From NCBI GenBank assembly GCA_963664395.2, contig OY761159.2:1312001-1376000 (forward strand): a DNA stretch of 64,000 nucleotides, in the 5' to 3' direction. Of the stretch, positions 1 through 9,337 are shown piece by piece. Numbering within the stretch: position 1 is the stretch's first letter; the number at the start of each line of letters is the position of its first letter. The position numbers were made by a program, and so were the translations under genes. The DNA is from Candidatus Binatia bacterium (GTDB lineage Bacteria > Desulfobacterota > Binatia > Bin18). The notes under the pieces were generated by a model. That model was not told where the DNA came from, did not search any database, and worked only from the letters and a program-made list of their open reading frames with translations.

Positions 1-942
1 AGTCGGCTGCTCGTCGGAAGCTTGGGACGCTTGTGGGTCGGACGCTCCCGTGTCCTGTTGAGGATCGGGAGACCCGGTCGGTTGGGGGGCAACGCCGGGG
101 ACACTGTAGTCGACCAAGATCTGCTGGATTTCTGCTGCGTGCTGCGTCAACAGGCCGTTGAGCGTATTTTTCAGCGCTGTGTCGCTCTTCCGAACGCCGA
201 GCGCAATGTCATAGACAAAGAGGAGGGACTCCGATTCCGCCTCAGACGACACGGGCACCACTCGCAGTGCGACGGCTTGCTTTTGAGCGAAATAGCCAGC
301 AATCGGTCCCCACACAATGGCCGTATCGATCTCTTTGTTGGCGACGGCTTCAATAATTTTTCCCGGTGGACTGTCGTCGGCGTAATTTCCAAAGACGCTG
401 TAGCCAACCACATTGTCCACTAGCCCGCGTCTACTCAGTACATGGGCCGGCGGGCTGTTGGTGTAGTCATCGCCGATCAGGTGAACGCCGATTTTCAGTT
501 CTTTGAGGACGGGGTCGTCAAAGGAGGACAGGTCGTAGGGCGCGTCTTCGGGATAGACAAAAGCGTAGACCGAACGGTAATATGGCTGCGTCGTCAAGAC
601 CGTATCAATAGCGGCCGGCAGGCCCATGACCACATCACACTTGTCGGCGTTGAGCGTGCCGCGCAGGAAGCCACGCCGCTGGGGCCACCACGTATAGGCG
701 ACTGATTGTCCCAACCCACGGGCCAGGATTTCAGCGATTTTATTCTCGAATCCCTCTTGCTGCCGATTAGAAAACGGCAGGTTATTGGGATCTGCACAGA
801 CACGAAACAGCTTGGCCGCTTCTGAAGTCTCCGCTGCCCAGGCAGCATCCGGGAGGAGAGGGGTAGGCAGGAACAGGAGGAGAGCAAGGCAGGCGGAAGA
901 AAGGGATACTACTCGTCGTACCCCCTCAGTTTGATTGAGCAT
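1..942 (-). CDS. xoxJ: XoxJ/MxaJ-family periplasmic substrate-binding protein (3' end runs off the window)
   Basis: Hand translation from ATG at 942 (absent from the ORF track because there is no stop in the window): signal peptide, then FRVCADPNNLPFSN..GFENKIAE..YTWWPQRRGF..CDVVMG..TQPYYRS..AIVWGPIAGYF; directly downstream of xoxF. Confidence 0.9.
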   Translation of the reverse strand, partial: MLNQTEGVRRVVSLSSACLALLLFLPTPLLPDAAWAAETSEAAKLFRVCADPNNLPFSNRQQEGFENKIAEILARGLGQSVAYTWWPQRRGFLRGTLNADKCDVVMGLPAAIDTVLTTQPYYRSVYAFVYPEDAPYDLSSFDDPVLKELKIGVHLIGDDYTNSPPAHVLSRRGLVDNVVGYSVFGNYADDSPPGKIIEAVANKEIDTAIVWGPIAGYFAQKQAVALRVVPVSSEAESESLLFVYDIALGVRKSDTALKNTLNGLLTQHAAEIQQILVDYSVPGVAPQPTGSPDPQQDTGASDPQASQASDEQPT

Positions 943-983
943 ACCTAGATGAAGAGACCTTACACCGGGTCAAGAGAATCCAT

Positions 984-2801
984 TTACTCAAGCGCGAAGA
1001 CGTATAACATCCCGCCTTTATTCGTATCTTTTCCGAGATCGGCAAAAGCGCCTACCGCGCCAAGGGCCGCGGTGGGATCGTCCGTTGACAGGTCGGCGGC
1101 GACGACCAGGCCGGACCAACCGCCGATCCCGGACATGATCGCCACGTACTGCTTGCCGTCCGGTCCGAGATAGGTCATGGGCGCGCCAATAATTCCGGAG
1201 CCGGTTTTGAACTTCCACAGTTCTTCGCCAGTCGAGGCGTGTACGGCCTTGAACCAGCCGGCCATGGTCCCGTAGAACACCACATCCCCGCCGGTCGAAA
1301 GCGCACCGCTCCAGGCCGACCATTTCTCTTTGATGCCCCATTTTTTCTCACCGGCAACCGGATCCCAGGCAATGAATTCACCTCGGTGGCCGCCAGGACC
1401 GGGGAACATTTTTACAATCGCTCCAACGTAGGGCACGCCGGCGATATAGCGGACTTTCATACCCTCGTAATTCATGCACAGATGGTTTGTTGGCACGTAA
1501 AAGAGTTTGGTCCGGGGCGAATATGAGACAGGCTGTTGGTCCTTGGTTCCCATTGCACCAGGACAGATGCCTTCCACATTCGTTCCCTCTTTCGTCCGTT
1601 TTTCGGCATTCTCAACCGGGCGGCCAGTCTCAAGGTTAATCTCTTTGGCCCAGTTCACGTGACCGAATTTATCCGCGGCCAACACCTTGCCCGAAGTCCG
1701 GTCAACTTTGTAGGCGAATCCGTTGCGGTCAAAGTGAACCAGGACCTTGTGGGCTTTTCCGTCTCCATTGGCCGGCAGGTCAATCAAGACGCTTTCGTTG
1801 ACGCCGTCATAATCCCAGGCATCATGCGGGGTCATCTGATACGCCCACTTGGCCTGGCCCGTATCCGGGTTGCGGGCAAACAGCGTCATGGACCACTTAT
1901 TATCCCCCGGCCGCTGGTCCGGATTCCAGGCGCCTGGATTCCCCGTGCCATAGTAGAACAGGTCGAGTTCGGGGTCGTAGCTATACCAGCCCCAGGTTGT
2001 GCCGCCGCCGCGCTTCCATTCCTCACCTTTCCAGGTGGACACGCCAAGGTCTTTGCCTTGGTGCGACTCGTACGGAGACGAAAAGTCGTCCCCGATCAAG
2101 ACTTCGGAGTCCGGGCCGGTGCTATACGCCCGCCAGATCTGCTCGCCGGTATCGACATGATTTGCCGTGACAAATCCGCGCACGCCAAATTCACCCCCGC
2201 TCACGCCGGTAATAACTTTGTCACGCACGACCAAAGGCGCCATGGTAATGGTCTGGCCTTGTTTAATGTCACCCTGCTTGACCTTCCACAGCTCTTTGCC
2301 GGTCTTGGCATCCAGGGCAACGGTGTGCGCGTCGAGCTGATTAAAAAAGATCTTGCCGGCAGCATAGGCCGCGCCCCGATTCACCACATCACAGCAGGCA
2401 ATCGGAATAGCATCCTCGTTTTGTATAGGCGCATATTTCCATTTCATGGCGTGGCCCGGATCCGATAGATCAATGGCATACACAATATTGGGGAAGGGCG
2501 TCACAATATACATGGTGTCGCCGATAACCAGCGGCGTGCCTTCGTGCCCGCGCAGGACGCCGGTCGAAAACGTCCAGACGACTTTCAGGCCCTTCACATT
2601 CTGCGTGGAGACCTGGTCCAGGCTGCTGTAGCGAGTGAGGGCATAGTCTCGGCCTGAGGTCGCCCACTGGCCGGGGGTTTTCTGCATGTCGAGCAGTTCC
2701 TGCGAAGCCTGTCCGAGTTCAGAAAAAAGAGGCAAGAGCAACAGTCCGGCAACGAGCAGAACCGTCTGTCCCCCACCCCTTCTTACGAATCGTGTATTCA
2801 T
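984..2801 (-). CDS. xoxF: PQQ-dependent methanol dehydrogenase, lanthanide-dependent XoxF type
   Basis: Signal peptide, vicinal ACCDVVNRG disulfide, GGEFGVRG, GTGNPGAW, and TPHDAWDYDG with the extra Asp (D-x-D) that marks Ln-binding XoxF, where MxaF has D-Y-A. Confidence 0.92.
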   Translation of the reverse strand: MNTRFVRRGGGQTVLLVAGLLLLPLFSELGQASQELLDMQKTPGQWATSGRDYALTRYSSLDQVSTQNVKGLKVVWTFSTGVLRGHEGTPLVIGDTMYIVTPFPNIVYAIDLSDPGHAMKWKYAPIQNEDAIPIACCDVVNRGAAYAAGKIFFNQLDAHTVALDAKTGKELWKVKQGDIKQGQTITMAPLVVRDKVITGVSGGEFGVRGFVTANHVDTGEQIWRAYSTGPDSEVLIGDDFSSPYESHQGKDLGVSTWKGEEWKRGGGTTWGWYSYDPELDLFYYGTGNPGAWNPDQRPGDNKWSMTLFARNPDTGQAKWAYQMTPHDAWDYDGVNESVLIDLPANGDGKAHKVLVHFDRNGFAYKVDRTSGKVLAADKFGHVNWAKEINLETGRPVENAEKRTKEGTNVEGICPGAMGTKDQQPVSYSPRTKLFYVPTNHLCMNYEGMKVRYIAGVPYVGAIVKMFPGPGGHRGEFIAWDPVAGEKKWGIKEKWSAWSGALSTGGDVVFYGTMAGWFKAVHASTGEELWKFKTGSGIIGAPMTYLGPDGKQYVAIMSGIGGWSGLVVAADLSTDDPTAALGAVGAFADLGKDTNKGGMLYVFALE

Positions 2802-2940
2802 AACACCCCCCTTTGCTTACTCTTCAGGAATCTGGAGAGCATACTCAATCTCTGGGGCACCCCTATCGCTCTCACACAGAGCGAGATTGTGAGCCACTCC
2901 CAGCAGGAGGAAGCTACTCTGGAAGGGCTGGCTTTGTCAA

Positions 2941-3705
2941 TCATGATCTTGAACCAGCCGTATGAGGGTGAGTTCCTCCCCTGGCGCAATCATCCTGCTG
3001 TATCAGGAAGAGACAGGTGTATGCCGCTCCAAGTAGAGCGGCTTCCGCAAAAATTTTTAAGCCTTCCTCAACGCCACCGAGCCATTTCCCCAAGAAATCG
3101 CTTCCCCCTTGGCTCATACCCATGAGGAAAAGAACATCGTTGCGATTCACTATGGCATCAAGCACCCCCATAAGGACGAACAGGACAAATCCACACATCA
3201 CAAGTGGGAGAGCCGCTCGATACTGGACAAGTTCGCAGCGGTAGACATACAGGACTGATGCACCGATGAACCCATACCCCAGCACAATAGCGTCATCGAG
3301 CCGGTCGGTCAGACCGGTCTCTTGGAGCTGTGCAACCCGGTGCACAAAACGATCCAGGGATTCATGAATCCTGGCGACTTCGTCTAGCGCCAGGAAAAAA
3401 AACCCAAGGGTAATCAGCAACCAGACAAAAGCAGGATTGCGCCACACCTCTCGTAGCCTACCGCCCGTCCGACAATAGAATACCCCTCCAGCAAGGCCGC
3501 CGATCGCGAGAAGATGAACAAACGACAGCCACGTAATCGGGTCGCCTTCGCCGGTATAGGCGGTGGGGTTCTGGTGCCAGGCAAAGCCAAGACCGAGGGC
3601 AAGCAAGACAGCAAGAAGGTCAAGGGAGACGAGGGAGAGCAGGAGTGTCGTAGGAGAGCAGGGGAAGGGAGTCCGATTCACGTCGTCACAGTCCTCTCCG
3701 GGCAA
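2941..3705 (-). CDS. Hypothetical multi-pass membrane protein
   Basis: 254-aa ORF with about 6 hydrophobic segments; FLALDE..RIHE and EEGLK motifs. Confidence 0.7.
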   Translation of the reverse strand: MPGEDCDDVNRTPFPCSPTTLLLSLVSLDLLAVLLALGLGFAWHQNPTAYTGEGDPITWLSFVHLLAIGGLAGGVFYCRTGGRLREVWRNPAFVWLLITLGFFFLALDEVARIHESLDRFVHRVAQLQETGLTDRLDDAIVLGYGFIGASVLYVYRCELVQYRAALPLVMCGFVLFVLMGVLDAIVNRNDVLFLMGMSQGGSDFLGKWLGGVEEGLKIFAEAALLGAAYTCLFLIQQDDCARGGTHPHTAGSRS

Positions 3706-3721
3706 CCGCGCCGGGCGGCTT

Positions 3722-4684
3722 TTATTTTATCGCATACGCATTCGCCGGTGAGCCAACCCCGCCGGGTAGATTGAGCGGAATGGAAACCAGCATAAACTCA
3801 TAGCTCCCGTCGTGCACACATGCCTGAGCCAACCCCTCAACATCCCACATCTCTCCAATGGGCATGCCTTGCAGGGCAATGAGCCGACGATGCTGAAAGC
3901 CAACTGCTGGGTCTACTGGCAAGGCTTCGACCGCAATATTGTCCGCGGCAATAGCAGCAATCTGTCGATCCCAGAGCCAAGCGGCGGTTTCTTGCGAGGC
4001 GGCCAGACCCGGACAGGCATGCGGCGCTTCGCCGGCTCCCAGAGTGTCTCGCAACGCCTCCCGTCCTCTTTCATCCAAGCTTTTATACCACTCCAGCCAA
4101 CCGGTTCGCAGAATCAGGATATCGCCCGGTTCGAGTTGCACCTTTTGCTCACGCGCGACTTGTTCGAGAAAGGCCCCATCCATCTCGAACTTTTTCGTCA
4201 TGTCGAGCGGCGTCTGCTGCTGTTCCATATAGCGTGCGCCGTCCAGTACAACACCGCGTCCGACTATGCCGTGCTGAGCCCAGTGCTCAATACCGAGTTC
4301 ACCTTTTTCGTCCAGATCGACATCCTGCCGGCCGCCGTAATAGCCATACTCACGAAAGCGAATGTGGCGCAGGCTGTCCCACTGGCTTGAGCCCTGCATC
4401 GCAAAATTATCAACATAGTCGTCACGCCCGCCTCGACCGACTTCGATATGGTGTCGATAGCCTTTGCTCCGAAATCCATCGTAGAGTGTAATTGGGAAAT
4501 CCAGCGGAAGGCTGAGGTTGAACACCTGGCCAGTACGAATCAGTCGTGCGGCGCGCTTGACTTTTTCCGGCGTCAGTAGATTCACTGATCCCATCTGGTC
4601 TTCCAGCCCAAAGACCTCCCAGGCATGGCGCTCTTGTGTCTCTCCAACGTACGGCAGCTCCTCAAACTTCGGAATACTCGACAT
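3722..4684 (-). CDS. Cyclase family (kynurenine formamidase-like) metal-dependent hydrolase
   Basis: QGSSQWDSLRH, GIVGRGVVLD, PGDILILRTGW, IAADNIAVE, GEMWD, PGGVGSPANA. Confidence 0.88.
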   Translation of the reverse strand: MSSIPKFEELPYVGETQERHAWEVFGLEDQMGSVNLLTPEKVKRAARLIRTGQVFNLSLPLDFPITLYDGFRSKGYRHHIEVGRGGRDDYVDNFAMQGSSQWDSLRHIRFREYGYYGGRQDVDLDEKGELGIEHWAQHGIVGRGVVLDGARYMEQQQTPLDMTKKFEMDGAFLEQVAREQKVQLEPGDILILRTGWLEWYKSLDERGREALRDTLGAGEAPHACPGLAASQETAAWLWDRQIAAIAADNIAVEALPVDPAVGFQHRRLIALQGMPIGEMWDVEGLAQACVHDGSYEFMLVSIPLNLPGGVGSPANAYAIK

Positions 4685-4970
4685 CGTTCCCCTCCCGTGT
4701 GCTTGAAACAAAATCCTCTCCTAGCAGAGACATCTGGTGAGGACAAATATCGGGATTCTCAGAATCAGGAAAAGTGACCCTGAGAGCGGCCTTCAATAAA
4801 GAGGCTATTGCCAGGCAGGGAGCTATACAGTCAGGACTTTATCAAATAGAGTGCACGCACGGATTTCACACCGCATCCCCAAAGAGTCTTTTGTCTGCCC
4901 GAGGTGAAGAGAGACGAAGAGAGACGAAGAGCTGAGGTGGGAGCGGGAAATGCAGGAAAGGTAGCACACA

Positions 4971-5570
4971 TTGACACTTGAACTGATGCTCTGGGGACTC
5001 GTAAAGGGCACGACCGGATTTATTGGAATCATTCTGTATTCCAGCTTTTTTGAATGGGCGCTGCACAAGTATCTGATGCACACCCTGCTCCTACCCTATT
5101 CATTCCGAGCCCACGCACTCGTCCACCATGGGCTCTTCCGGGCTGACTCAACCTACCATATCCAGCCTGGAGTTGATCCAAAAAAGGTCACGTTTGCGTG
5201 GTGGAACGCTCCGCTGCTCATCGGACTGCATATGCCCCTCTTGCTCAGCCTAGGCTGGTTGTTTGGTTGGTCCGTGTGTGTTGGCGGGATCCTTGCCCTG
5301 GCAGCCGATTATGTCCTGTACGAATACGTTCACTATTGTATGCACGTCCCGCAGGACCGCTGGATTGAACGCACGCACGCCTTTCAATTCGTGCGCACCC
5401 ATCATTATATCCATCATCGTTACCCCTACCAGAACCTCAACGTGGTAAACGTACTGGCAGACTGGGTCATTGGCACCATGCGGACGGCCAAGGATATTGA
5501 TCTGAGCGCCGACCCAATCGTGCATCCACAGGCTGAGCAGGAGCTGGCAACACCCATTGCCGCGCTCTAG
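4971..5570 (+). CDS. Fatty acid hydroxylase / sterol desaturase superfamily membrane di-metal enzyme
   Basis: His boxes EWALHKYLMH, HALVHH, YEYVHYCMH, HHYIHH; TM helices. Confidence 0.85.
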   Translation: MTLELMLWGLVKGTTGFIGIILYSSFFEWALHKYLMHTLLLPYSFRAHALVHHGLFRADSTYHIQPGVDPKKVTFAWWNAPLLIGLHMPLLLSLGWLFGWSVCVGGILALAADYVLYEYVHYCMHVPQDRWIERTHAFQFVRTHHYIHHRYPYQNLNVVNVLADWVIGTMRTAKDIDLSADPIVHPQAEQELATPIAAL

Positions 5571-5613
5571 TCTGGTCTGTTCAGTTCCGAAGTGTTCTCC
5601 GGCAGTGTGAGAC

Positions 5614-6207
5614 CTACCGCGCTTCCTTCTCTCGATAGGACCCCAGCGCGCTACCCGCCCCTTTCCTGATCGTCCGGTGTTCAGGCGGAGTGGGTCGGAG
5701 AACGGCCGGCCACTTGTCGGATTGTGGTTCCGTTCCCTCTTGGGCTGTTGCGGCGGGCGCTGTGTCGCCAAAGACCGGCGTTCGGCGTATGTCGATACCT
5801 GGGACATTATAGCTGAACTCAACCGGAATCCCATTCGGATCAAACGCATAGATCGAATGGATAAAGCCATGATCTATCGGACCTGAGACCTCATAGTCTG
5901 CGGCAACAAGTTTGTCTTTGAGTTCCCATAGCTCATCAGCGGACTCGACTCCAAACGCGACATGGTCAAAGGCAATCGGACCACGGAACGCGACTCCATG
6001 CCGTTTTTCCGGTACTGGCTCTGCTCCGTCCCATTCAAAAAAGGCAACCGTGTCAGTCTCGGACAGCTCAAAGAAATAATGCCGAAAGCCTTGCTCGCCA
6101 AGCGTGGCCACCAGGCGCATGCCAAGCAGATCGCGCCAGAAACGGATCGTCTTATCCATGTCGCCAGTGACAAACGCCAGGTGATTCACACCCGTAAATC
6201 GGACCAT
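5614..6207 (-). CDS. VOC/glyoxalase family protein
   Basis: GVNHLAFVTGDMDKTIRFW, FDHVAF, SIYAFDPNGIPVEF. Confidence 0.88.
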   Translation of the reverse strand: MVRFTGVNHLAFVTGDMDKTIRFWRDLLGMRLVATLGEQGFRHYFFELSETDTVAFFEWDGAEPVPEKRHGVAFRGPIAFDHVAFGVESADELWELKDKLVAADYEVSGPIDHGFIHSIYAFDPNGIPVEFSYNVPGIDIRRTPVFGDTAPAATAQEGTEPQSDKWPAVLRPTPPEHRTIRKGAGSALGSYREKEAR

Positions 6208-6305
6208 CGCAGCCTCCTTATTGTTAGCGATTCCTACAAACGCGTACGAAGCATACCATTATCCCCGAATCGGAGGATTGTGTCAGCCATAGTACTCAGA
6301 TTCAA

Positions 6306-6659
6306 TTATGAAGGGGAACGCTCTTGCTCCATATAGGTCCTGGCAGAGGAATAGGACGAGACACTATACGGGACAAGGAACGTCAGGACGATCTTGAACA
6401 ACAACCGAGGAGAGAATTCGAGATGAAAGAGCACATCGTACTGATTGATCACGGTGAGGAGTGGCCCCACGATGCCAGCCACCTTCAGCGCACGCCTGAC
6501 AGTCTCACGCCGAAACCAATAATAGAGGAAACGCCTTCCTCCACCGGACTGATTGCCTGGGGCCATCGGATATATCTCTCCCCATCCTTCGCCGTATGAA
6601 GTGCACTCTCCGGGCGAGTGCAACATCCTGCAAGCGAGCTTTATATCATACCCTGCCAC
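6306..6659 (-). CDS. Small NrtS-like membrane protein (true start may be internal, near 6566)
   Basis: RRALKVAGIVGPLLTVINQ..LTFLVPYSVSSY resembles the NrtS small nitrate/nitrite transporter family. Confidence 0.65.
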   Translation of the reverse strand: MAGYDIKLACRMLHSPGECTSYGEGWGEIYPMAPGNQSGGGRRFLYYWFRRETVRRALKVAGIVGPLLTVINQYDVLFHLEFSPRLLFKIVLTFLVPYSVSSYSSARTYMEQERSPS

Positions 6660-6679
6660 GGATGTACTGACTCATTGAG

Positions 6680-6806
6680 AAGGAGGGTGGATATTGTGCT
6701 CATCACCGGCCTGTTCAATTCTATGAATCGACTCGCAGACAGGTTGGGCGTCGAGCTTGACCCACAGATGCCGCATCTGCTGGACGCCAACGCGGATAAG
6801 AGGTAA
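6680..6806 (+). pseudogene. C-terminal remnant of a CMD/AhpD peroxidase-related protein
   Basis: DIVLITGLFNSMNRLADRLGVELD resembles the C-terminal helix of CMD-like proteins; no N-terminal part or CxxC upstream. Confidence 0.5.
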
Positions 6807-6844
6807 ATCGACGGGCGGCCGGATGTATGCTCGGGCCCTCGCCC

Positions 6845-7972
6845 CTACAACGTTTTCTCGAATACCCGGTAGGTCTTGTATATCCGGGCGCCCATGCGTT
6901 CGAGACCACGCTGCATGCTCCAGTTATCTTCAAGAATCCACGAACATTCCACGAGACGATAGCCATACGCGAGTACGTGCTGCCAGAGTTTGAGATACAG
7001 CATAGCGTCAAGACCACGCACCCGCACATCCGGATTGGTCCCCAGCAAAAGCACCCGGAGCGCGTCGATTCTGCGTTTGTACCAGAGCAATTTCAGCGCC
7101 CCCAACGGGAATAGCCGGCCATTCATGCGCCGGAGTACCTGATTGTAATCCGGCAGGGCAAGAGCAAAACCGACGGGCCGATTATCCAATTCCGCGATAA
7201 GGCACAGCTTGGGGTCAGCGACGAGGCGAAGCGTGTGCGCAAGCAGATCCACCTCAGCTTCAGTCATCGGTACGAAGCCCCAGTTGTGTTCCCAAGCCCT
7301 ATGGTAAATACCGTGCAACAGGCGGACTTCTTCTTCGAATCGCCGTACATCGATTGACCTGATAGTGATGGCCTGTTTCCTCTGTAGCCGCTGTACCCCA
7401 TGCACGAGCCGCTCGGGGATAGTCGCGTCTTCACGCAGGTCAATGAGATACGCCAACAGATCCTTGGCCTTGGCATAGCCCGCGGTTCGGATCAGCCGGG
7501 CATAGTAGGGACGATGGTGGGACATCATCACCATGGGGGCCGTATTGAAACCATTGACCAACAATCCACATTCCTCGTTGGTCGAGAAGCTCATCGGCCC
7601 CCGAACGCTCCGCACCCCGCGCTGACCGACCCACTGTTCCGCAGCGGCCAATAACGCCTGGGCAACATCCTGGTCGTCGATACTCTCAAAAAATCCGAAG
7701 AAGCCAACCGACTCGTTGTGAAATTGGATATGCCGATGGTTGACAATGGCCGCAATCCGTCCCACGACCTGCCCATTCAGGCGGGCAAGAAAATATTGGA
7801 CATCAGCGTGTTTGTGGAAGGGATGCTTTTTTGGAGAGAGGAGTTTTTTCAGATCAAAAAGCAGCGGCGGGACCCAAGCCGGGTCATCGCTATACAGCTG
7901 CCACGGCAGTTGCGTGAACTGGTGAAGATCCTGCCGGTTACGGACCGGAGCTATCCGTACATCTCTGGACAT
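6845..7972 (-). CDS. bcerS: Bacterial ceramide synthase (bCerS/YghO-like GNAT N-acyltransferase)
   Basis: WVPPL, VVGRIAAIVN, GFFGFFE, GPMSFSTNEECGLLV, AWEHNWGFVPMT, ECSWILEDN; adjacent to spt. Confidence 0.85.
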   Translation of the reverse strand: MSRDVRIAPVRNRQDLHQFTQLPWQLYSDDPAWVPPLLFDLKKLLSPKKHPFHKHADVQYFLARLNGQVVGRIAAIVNHRHIQFHNESVGFFGFFESIDDQDVAQALLAAAEQWVGQRGVRSVRGPMSFSTNEECGLLVNGFNTAPMVMMSHHRPYYARLIRTAGYAKAKDLLAYLIDLREDATIPERLVHGVQRLQRKQAITIRSIDVRRFEEEVRLLHGIYHRAWEHNWGFVPMTEAEVDLLAHTLRLVADPKLCLIAELDNRPVGFALALPDYNQVLRRMNGRLFPLGALKLLWYKRRIDALRVLLLGTNPDVRVRGLDAMLYLKLWQHVLAYGYRLVECSWILEDNWSMQRGLERMGARIYKTYRVFEKTL

Positions 7973-8044
7973 CTATAGCGTGGCACAGCGTCGTGGGTCT
8001 GCTCGGCACTCGCTGAAACATTGCACAGCACAGAGGAAACGCTC

Positions 8045-9238
8045 CTACACGGCAACCTTCTCTACCTGGATGTGAGGCCGAGTACGGGCAAAGGCGTCTA
8101 AGACAAAGTCAATCTGTTCATCGGTGTGTGTTGCCATCATGGAAATCCGAATCCGACACGAATTCTCAGGCACGGCCGGTGGAATAACCGGATTGGTAAA
8201 GATACCGGAATCAAATAATTCCTTCCAGATCATGCCCATCAACCACATATCTCCGACAATGATAGGAATCACCGGCGTATCACTCGTCCCGATATTATAG
8301 CCCAGACTCTTGAGCCCGGCCTGCATGCGGCGGGTATTGCGCCACAAGGCGACACGCCGTTCGGGTTCTTCTTCAATAACCTGAAGGGCAGTTAACACGG
8401 TGGCCAGCGACGGCGGTGGCATACTGGCGCTGAAAATCAAAGAACGGGCATGGTGTTTGATATAGTGAATAACCGGCTCCGGCCCGGCCACCACACCGCC
8501 AATCGCGGCTAAAGACTTTGAGAATGAAGACATAATGAGGCCGACCCGGTCCTCTACATCGAAATGCTGCGCCGTACCACCACCGTTCTTGCCTAACACT
8601 CCAAAGGCGTGGGCATCATCAACCATAATCTCGGTCTGGTACTGCTCGGCGAGGGCAACCAGACTCGGCAGGTCTGCGATATCGCCTTCCATAGAAAAGA
8701 TGCCGTCGGTGACAATAAGCTTCCCGGCCTTGGGCGGTGTCTTCCGAAGCTGCTGTTCTAGTGTTTCAAGGTCCCCATGCGGATAGCGGAGCACGGTCCC
8801 GTGGGAGAGCTGAGAACCGTCTACCGCGCTGGCATGATCGAGCTTATCAAGGTAGAGATAGTCGCCTTTTCCGATCAAGGTCGACAGGATACCTAAATTT
8901 GTCTGGTACCCCGTGCTAAAAACGAGCGAGGCTTCTTTGTTGAGAAAACGGGCCAAGCGCGCTTCGAGTTCATCGTGCAAATCCAGCGTCCCATTTAAGA
9001 AGCGGCTGCCGGTACACCCACTGCCATAGCGTCTGAGAGCTGCCTCGGCTGCCTCCAACACCTTGGGATGGTGGGTGAGGCCGAGATAGTTATTGGAGCC
9101 CATCATCACCTTGGGCTCACCTCGCACGACGACTTCGGTTCCTTCAGACGATTCTATGGGTGTAAAAAACGGATAATACCCGGTCGCTTGAGCCTCTCGA
9201 GCACGAGTAAAGCGAGCACATTTCTCGAAAAGGTTCAT
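8045..9238 (-). CDS. spt: Serine palmitoyltransferase (PLP-dependent alpha-oxoamine synthase)
   Basis: GYYPFF N-terminus, GSNNYLGL, GCTGSRFLNGT, DDAH, FSKS PLP-lysine; flanked by bCerS and an NAD-dependent reductase. Confidence 0.88.
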   Translation of the reverse strand: MNLFEKCARFTRAREAQATGYYPFFTPIESSEGTEVVVRGEPKVMMGSNNYLGLTHHPKVLEAAEAALRRYGSGCTGSRFLNGTLDLHDELEARLARFLNKEASLVFSTGYQTNLGILSTLIGKGDYLYLDKLDHASAVDGSQLSHGTVLRYPHGDLETLEQQLRKTPPKAGKLIVTDGIFSMEGDIADLPSLVALAEQYQTEIMVDDAHAFGVLGKNGGGTAQHFDVEDRVGLIMSSFSKSLAAIGGVVAGPEPVIHYIKHHARSLIFSASMPPPSLATVLTALQVIEEEPERRVALWRNTRRMQAGLKSLGYNIGTSDTPVIPIIVGDMWLMGMIWKELFDSGIFTNPVIPPAVPENSCRIRISMMATHTDEQIDFVLDAFARTRPHIQVEKVAV

Positions 9239-9337
9239 CCCGTCCCCCTCTCTCCATGACATCCCCGATTGTCAGTTTGCATGACATGTTGCGGTTCCGG
9301 TTTCACCCCAATCTCCCAACCCTACCAACGGTGTTCG

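Noticed and set aside
22-887. Short ORFs in the track (22..423, 171..413, 442..705, 594..887)
   Set aside because: Shadows of xoxJ, which occupies 1-942 on the minus strand
1536-2468. 310-aa + strand ORF, and similar long antisense ORFs such as 54988..55875 and 49300..49998
   Set aside because: Antisense to well-supported genes in GC-rich DNA, with no motifs
4906-4931. 10-bp tandem repeat GAAGAGAGAC
   Set aside because: Only about 2.5 copies; no evidence of function
8045-9238. Alternative call as BioF or Kbl
   Set aside because: No bio or tdh genes nearby; bCerS and reductase neighbours and the YYPFF N-terminus favour Spt
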